IMG/VR virus record: IMGVR_UViG_2711768054_000002
Direction: 5' to 3' (one strand)
DNA: 31,683 nucleotides
Source of the DNA: a virus
Lineage: Duplodnaviria > Heunggongvirae > Uroviricota > Caudoviricetes
The notes below the pieces were generated by a model. The model worked only from the letters and a program-made list of their open reading frames with translations, did no database searches and was not told the DNA's origin. Position numbers and translations under genes: made by a program. This document shows, piece by piece, positions 27,287 through 31,683 of the stretch. How positions within the stretch are numbered: position 1 is the stretch's first letter; every line of letters starts with the position of its first letter.

Positions 27287-29726
27287 CAATGTAAAATTAC
27301 AGGTATTGCTCAGGGCTGTTGACCAGGCATCCCGCCCGTTTAAATCCATCCGTACAGCGAGTAAGTCGCTGTCGGGGGATATCCGGGAAACACAAAAATC
27401 ACTGCGCGAGCTGAACGGTCACGCATCCCGTATTGAGGGATTCCGCAAGACCAGTGCACAGCTCGCCGTGACTGGTCATGCACTTGAAAAGGCACGGCAG
27501 GAAGCCGAAGCCCTTGCCACACAGTTTAAAAACACCGAACGTCCGACCCGTGCTCAGGCGAAAGTGCTGGAATCAGCAAAGCGAGCGGCGGAAGACTTAC
27601 AGGCGAAATATAACCGCCTGACGGATTCCGTTAAACGCCAGCAGCGGGAACTGGCCGCTGTGGGAATTAATACCCGCAATCTTGCACATGATGAGCAGGG
27701 GCTGAAAAACCGTATCAGTGAAACCACCGCACAGCTTAACCGTCAGCGCGACGCACTGGCGCGTGTCAGTGCACAACAGTCAAAACTTAACGCAGTCAAA
27801 CAGCGTTATCAGGCCGGAAAAGAACTGGCCGGAAATATGGCCTCAGTGGGCGCTGCCGGTGTGGGGATTGCGGCGGCGGGAACGATGGCCGGTGTTAAGC
27901 TGCTGATGCCAGGTTATGAGTTTGCGCAGAAAAACTCAGAATTGCAGGCCGTGCTCGGTGTGGCAAAAGACTCCGCCGAAATGGCTGCACTACGCAAGCA
28001 GGCGCGTCAGCTCGGCGACAATACCGCAGCCTCGGCAGATGATGCAGCCGGTGCACAGATTATCATTGCGAAAGCGGGTGGAGATGCTGCGGCTATTCAG
28101 GCGGCAACGCCGGTCACGCTGAATATGGCACTGGCGAATCAGCGGTCGATGGAAGAAAACGCGCAACTGTTGCTGGGGACTAAGGCATCCTTTCAACTGT
28201 CAAATGATGATGTCAGCCATGTGGGCGACGTGTTGTCGGCAACGATGAATAAGTCGGCGGCTGATTTTCAGGGACTCAGTGATGCACTGACTTACCTCGG
28301 GCCGGTTGCGAGGACGGCAGGTGTAAGTCTTGAACAGGCAGCGGCCATGACAGGTGTGCTGCATGACAATAACATCAGGGGGTCAATGGCGGGTACGGGT
28401 AGCAGTGCCGTTGTCACCCGATTACAGGCACCGACTGGAAAAGCATGGGATGCACTCAAAGAACTTGGCGTTAAAACCTCGGACAAAAAGGGAAATATGC
28501 GTCCGTTGTTCACCATTCTGAAAGAGATTCAGGCCAGCTTTGATAAACACAAGCTGGGAACGTCTCAGAAGGGGGAATACCTTAAAACCATTTTTGGTGA
28601 GGAAGCCCTGAAATCAGCGAACGTTTTACTGGCAGCGGCAGCAAGCGGAAAACTGGATACGCTGACCGCCACGCTGAAAGCCTCGGACGGTAAAACGGAA
28701 GAGCTGGTTAAAATCATGCAGGATAACCTCGGCGGTGACTTTAAGGAGTTTCAGTCCGCTTATGAGGCGGTGGGGACTGACCTGTTTGACCAGCAGGAAG
28801 GCGCGCTGCGTAAGCTCACGCAGACGGCCACAAAGTATGTGTTAAAACTCGACGGCTGGATCCAGAAAAACAAATCACTGGCATCAACCATCGGCCTCAT
28901 TGTCGGTGGTGCACTGGCGCTGATTGGTGTCATCGGTGCCATTGGTCTTGTAGCCTGGCCGGTTATCACCGGCATCAATGCCATTATCGCGGCAGCAGGC
29001 GCAATGGGGGCAATCTTCACGACGGTTGGCAGTGCTGTTATGACGGCCATCGGGGCGATTAGCTGGCCGGTTGTGGCCGTGGTGGCTGCAATTGTCGCCG
29101 GGGCGTTGCTTATCCGTAAATACTGGGAGCCTGTCAGCGCATTCTTTGGCGGTGTGGTGGAAGGGCTGAAAGCGGCATTTGCGCCGGTGGGAGAACTGTT
29201 CACGCCACTGAAGCCGGTGTTTGACTGGCTGGGCGAAAAGTTACAGGCCGCGTGGCAGTGGTTTAAAAACCTGATTGCCCCGGTCAAAGCCACACAGGAC
29301 ACCCTGAACCGTTGCCGTGACACGGGCGTCATGTTCGGGCAGGCACTGGCTGACGCGCTGATGCTGCCGCTTAATGCGTTCAACAAACTGCGCAGCGGTA
29401 TTGACTGGGTACTGGAAAAACTCGGTGTTATCAACAAAGAGTCAGACACACTTGACCAGACCGCAGCCAGAACTCATGCCGCCACGTATGGCACCGGTGG
29501 TTATATTCCGGCGACCAGCTCTTATGCAGGCTATCAGGCTTATCAGCCGGTTACGGCACCGGCTGGCCGCTCTTATGTGGACCAGAGTAAAAACGAATAT
29601 CACATCAACCTGACGGGCGGTACTGCACCGGGAACACAGCTTGACCGCCAGTTACAGGATGCGCTCGAAAAATACGAGCGGGATAAACGTGCGCGCGCCC
29701 GTGCCAGCATGATGCATGACGGTTAA
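27279..29726 (+). CDS. T: Tail tape measure protein T
   Basis: 815 aa as in P2 gpT; coiled-coil N-terminus and hydrophobic central segments. Confidence 0.93.
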   Translation: MSNNVKLQVLLRAVDQASRPFKSIRTASKSLSGDIRETQKSLRELNGHASRIEGFRKTSAQLAVTGHALEKARQEAEALATQFKNTERPTRAQAKVLESAKRAAEDLQAKYNRLTDSVKRQQRELAAVGINTRNLAHDEQGLKNRISETTAQLNRQRDALARVSAQQSKLNAVKQRYQAGKELAGNMASVGAAGVGIAAAGTMAGVKLLMPGYEFAQKNSELQAVLGVAKDSAEMAALRKQARQLGDNTAASADDAAGAQIIIAKAGGDAAAIQAATPVTLNMALANQRSMEENAQLLLGTKASFQLSNDDVSHVGDVLSATMNKSAADFQGLSDALTYLGPVARTAGVSLEQAAAMTGVLHDNNIRGSMAGTGSSAVVTRLQAPTGKAWDALKELGVKTSDKKGNMRPLFTILKEIQASFDKHKLGTSQKGEYLKTIFGEEALKSANVLLAAAASGKLDTLTATLKASDGKTEELVKIMQDNLGGDFKEFQSAYEAVGTDLFDQQEGALRKLTQTATKYVLKLDGWIQKNKSLASTIGLIVGGALALIGVIGAIGLVAWPVITGINAIIAAAGAMGAIFTTVGSAVMTAIGAISWPVVAVVAAIVAGALLIRKYWEPVSAFFGGVVEGLKAAFAPVGELFTPLKPVFDWLGEKLQAAWQWFKNLIAPVKATQDTLNRCRDTGVMFGQALADALMLPLNAFNKLRSGIDWVLEKLGVINKESDTLDQTAARTHAATYGTGGYIPATSSYAGYQAYQPVTAPAGRSYVDQSKNEYHINLTGGTAPGTQLDRQLQDALEKYERDKRARARASMMHDG

Positions 29727-29740
29727 GGAGGTGACGAAAA

Positions 29741-30220
29741 ATGATGCTCGCGTTAGGTATGTTTGTTTTTATGCGCCAGACGCTGCCACACCAGACCATG
29801 CAGCGTGAATCAGATTATCGCTGGCCGTCAAATTCCCGTATCGGTAAACGGGACGCTTTTCAGTTTCTCGGTGTGGGTGAGGAAAACATCACGCTTGCCG
29901 GTGTGCTTTATCCCGAACTGACCGGCGGCAAGCTGACGATGACCACGCTCAGGCTGATGGCAGAGGAGGGGCGGGCGTGGCCGTTGCTGGATGGCACCGG
30001 CATGATTTACGGCATGTATGTCATCAGCAGGGTGAGTGAAACAGGGAGTATTTTCTTTGCAGACGGCACACCCCGGAAAATTGATTTTACGCTGTCACTC
30101 ACCCGCGTTGATGAATCACTGGCCGCGCTTTATGGCGATATCGGTAAACAGGCGGAATCGCTCATCGGTAAGGCCGGCAGTATGGCGACCAGATTCACAG
30201 GTATGACGGGGGCGGGATAA
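29741..30220 (+). CDS. U: Tail protein U
   Basis: 159 aa as in P2 gpU. Confidence 0.9.
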   Translation: MMLALGMFVFMRQTLPHQTMQRESDYRWPSNSRIGKRDAFQFLGVGEENITLAGVLYPELTGGKLTMTTLRLMAEEGRAWPLLDGTGMIYGMYVISRVSETGSIFFADGTPRKIDFTLSLTRVDESLAALYGDIGKQAESLIGKAGSMATRFTGMTGAG

Positions 30221-31383
30221 TGCTGGATGCGCTGACATTTGATGCAGGCAGTACGCTGACGCCGGATTACATGCTGATGCTCGACAGCAGGGATATTACC
30301 GGCAATATCAGCGACCGTCTGATGAGCATGACCCTGACGGATAACCGGGGCTTTGAGGCTGACCAGCTTGATATTGAACTGAACGATGCCGACGGGCAGG
30401 TCGGGCTGCCGGTTCGTGGCGCTGTCCTGACGGTGTATATCGGCTGGAAAGGTTTTGCCCTGGTATGCAAAGGGAAATTTACCGTTGATGAGGTTGAACA
30501 CCGGGGCGCACCGGATGTGGTCACCATCCGCGCCCGGAGTGCAGATTTTCGCGGGACGCTCAATTCCCGCCTGGAAGGCTCATGGCATGACACCACGCTC
30601 GGTGCGATTGTTGAGGCGATAGCCTCCCGTAACAGGCTGGAAGCCAGTGTCGCTCCGTCACTGGCCGGAATTAAAATCCCGCACATCGACCAGTCGCAGG
30701 AGTCTGATGCGAAATTTCTGACCCGACTTGCAGAACGCAACGGCGGTGAGGTGTCGGTAAAAATGGGAAAACTGCTGTTTCTCAAAGCGGGGCAGGGGGT
30801 GACGGCCAGCGGTAAAAAAATCCCGCAGATTACCATCACCCGCAGCGACGGCGACCGTCATCATTTTGCGATTGCTGACCGCGGAGCCTACACAGGCGTA
30901 ACGGCAAAGTGGTTACACACCAAAGACCCGAAGCCGCAAAAGCAGAAGATAAAACTGAAACGCAAAAAGAAAGAGAAACACCTGCGCGCACTGGAGCACC
31001 CGAAAGCGAAACCAGTCACGCAGAAGAAAGCGCCAAAAGTACCGGAAGCGCGCGAAGGTGAATACATGGCCGGTGAGGCTGACAACGTTTTTGCCCTGAC
31101 CACGGTATATGCCACGAAAGCACAGGCCATGCGCGCCGCTCAGGCGAAGTGGGATAAACTGCAACGGGGCGTTGCGGAGTTCTCCATCAGCCTGGCTACT
31201 GGTCGGGCAGATATTTACACGGAAACACCGGTCAAAGTGTCTGGCTTTAAGCGCGTCATAGACGAGCAGGACTGGACAATCACTAAGGTGACACACTTTC
31301 TGAATAATAGCGGCTTCACGACGTCCTTAGAACTTGAGGTAAGGCTTTCTGATGTGGAGTACGAAACAGAAGATGATGAGTGA
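30220..31383 (+). CDS. D: Tail protein D
   Basis: 387 aa as in P2 gpD; start overlaps the U stop. Confidence 0.92.
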   Translation: MLDALTFDAGSTLTPDYMLMLDSRDITGNISDRLMSMTLTDNRGFEADQLDIELNDADGQVGLPVRGAVLTVYIGWKGFALVCKGKFTVDEVEHRGAPDVVTIRARSADFRGTLNSRLEGSWHDTTLGAIVEAIASRNRLEASVAPSLAGIKIPHIDQSQESDAKFLTRLAERNGGEVSVKMGKLLFLKAGQGVTASGKKIPQITITRSDGDRHHFAIADRGAYTGVTAKWLHTKDPKPQKQKIKLKRKKKEKHLRALEHPKAKPVTQKKAPKVPEAREGEYMAGEADNVFALTTVYATKAQAMRAAQAKWDKLQRGVAEFSISLATGRADIYTETPVKVSGFKRVIDEQDWTITKVTHFLNNSGFTTSLELEVRLSDVEYETEDDE

Positions 31384-31464
31384 TATCTTTTATTTATCTG
31401 TTTGTTTTATAAGGATAAATTAACTAAAATGGCACCATCAACAAAACCGGAAGAGGTGCTCGCG

Positions 31465-31683
31465 ATGTTTCATTGTCCTTTATGCCAGCATGCCGCACAT
31501 GCGCGTACAAGTCGCTATATCACTGACACGACAAAAGAGCGTTATCACCAGTGCCAGAACGTGAATTGCAGCGCCACGTTCATCACTTATGAGTCGGTAC
31601 AGCGATACATCGTGAAGCCGGGAGAAGTCCACGCCGTAAGGCCGCACCCGTTGCCGTCAGGGCAGCAAATTATGTGGATGTAA
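31465..31683 (+). CDS. ogr: Late transcription activator Ogr (zinc finger)
   Basis: Track ORF starts at TTG 31402; the ATG at 31465 with AAGAGGTG SD gives 72 aa, MFHCPLCQHAAHARTSRYI...CQNVNCSATF, the Ogr zinc-finger family. Confidence 0.9.
   Translation: MFHCPLCQHAAHARTSRYITDTTKERYHQCQNVNCSATFITYESVQRYIVKPGEVHAVRPHPLPSGQQIMWM

Larger units (their letters stand above)
1..31683. mobile_element. P2-like prophage, integrase through ogr; att sites lie outside the window
   Basis: Complete P2 gene order (int-C-cox-B-A-cos-Q-P-O-N-M-L-X-Y-K-lysABC-R-S-V-W-J-I-H-G-FI-FII-E-T-U-D-ogr) with protein lengths matching P2 as I recall them; P2-type 19-nt cos sequence present. Confidence 0.95.

Noticed and set aside
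1-31683. CRISPR arrays, tRNA or rRNA genes, IS elements
   Set aside because: No regularly spaced direct repeats, no cloverleaf-like conserved tRNA segments, and no transposase-like ORFs seen; the window is fully accounted for by prophage genes plus three cargo genes.

Overview
The window is almost entirely a P2-like (Peduovirus-type) temperate prophage of an enterobacterium, read from the integrase stop codon at position 1 to the ogr stop codon at 31683; neither att site is inside the window. Gene order and protein lengths match the P2 map: int, C, cox, orf78-like, B, orf80-83-like, A, then cos, then Q and P on the minus strand, then O, N, M, L, X, Y, K, lysA, lysB, lysC, R, S, V, W, J, I, H, G, FI, FII, E/E', T, U, D, ogr. 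All family assignments are from my reading of the supplied translations against remembered P2 proteins; no search was run. Three genes do not belong to the conserved backbone and are the candidates for an undescribed system. They sit in the two positions where P2-like phages are known to carry variable anti-phage cargo. Between A and Q, visibly AT-rich DNA carries a 440-aa protein (5959..7281) with an R-x4-H motif, and a 333-aa protein with C-terminal transmembrane helices (7686..8687). The 19-nt cos site (7423..7441) lies between these two genes. Between G and FI, in the Z/fun position, is a 461-aa protein (23369..24754) with a PD-x(n)-E-x-K nuclease-like motif. I cannot name any of the three from memory. 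The window also shows the E/E' slippery site TTTTTTG, a lysC gene nested inside lysB, and an internal tandem repeat in tail fibre gene H.
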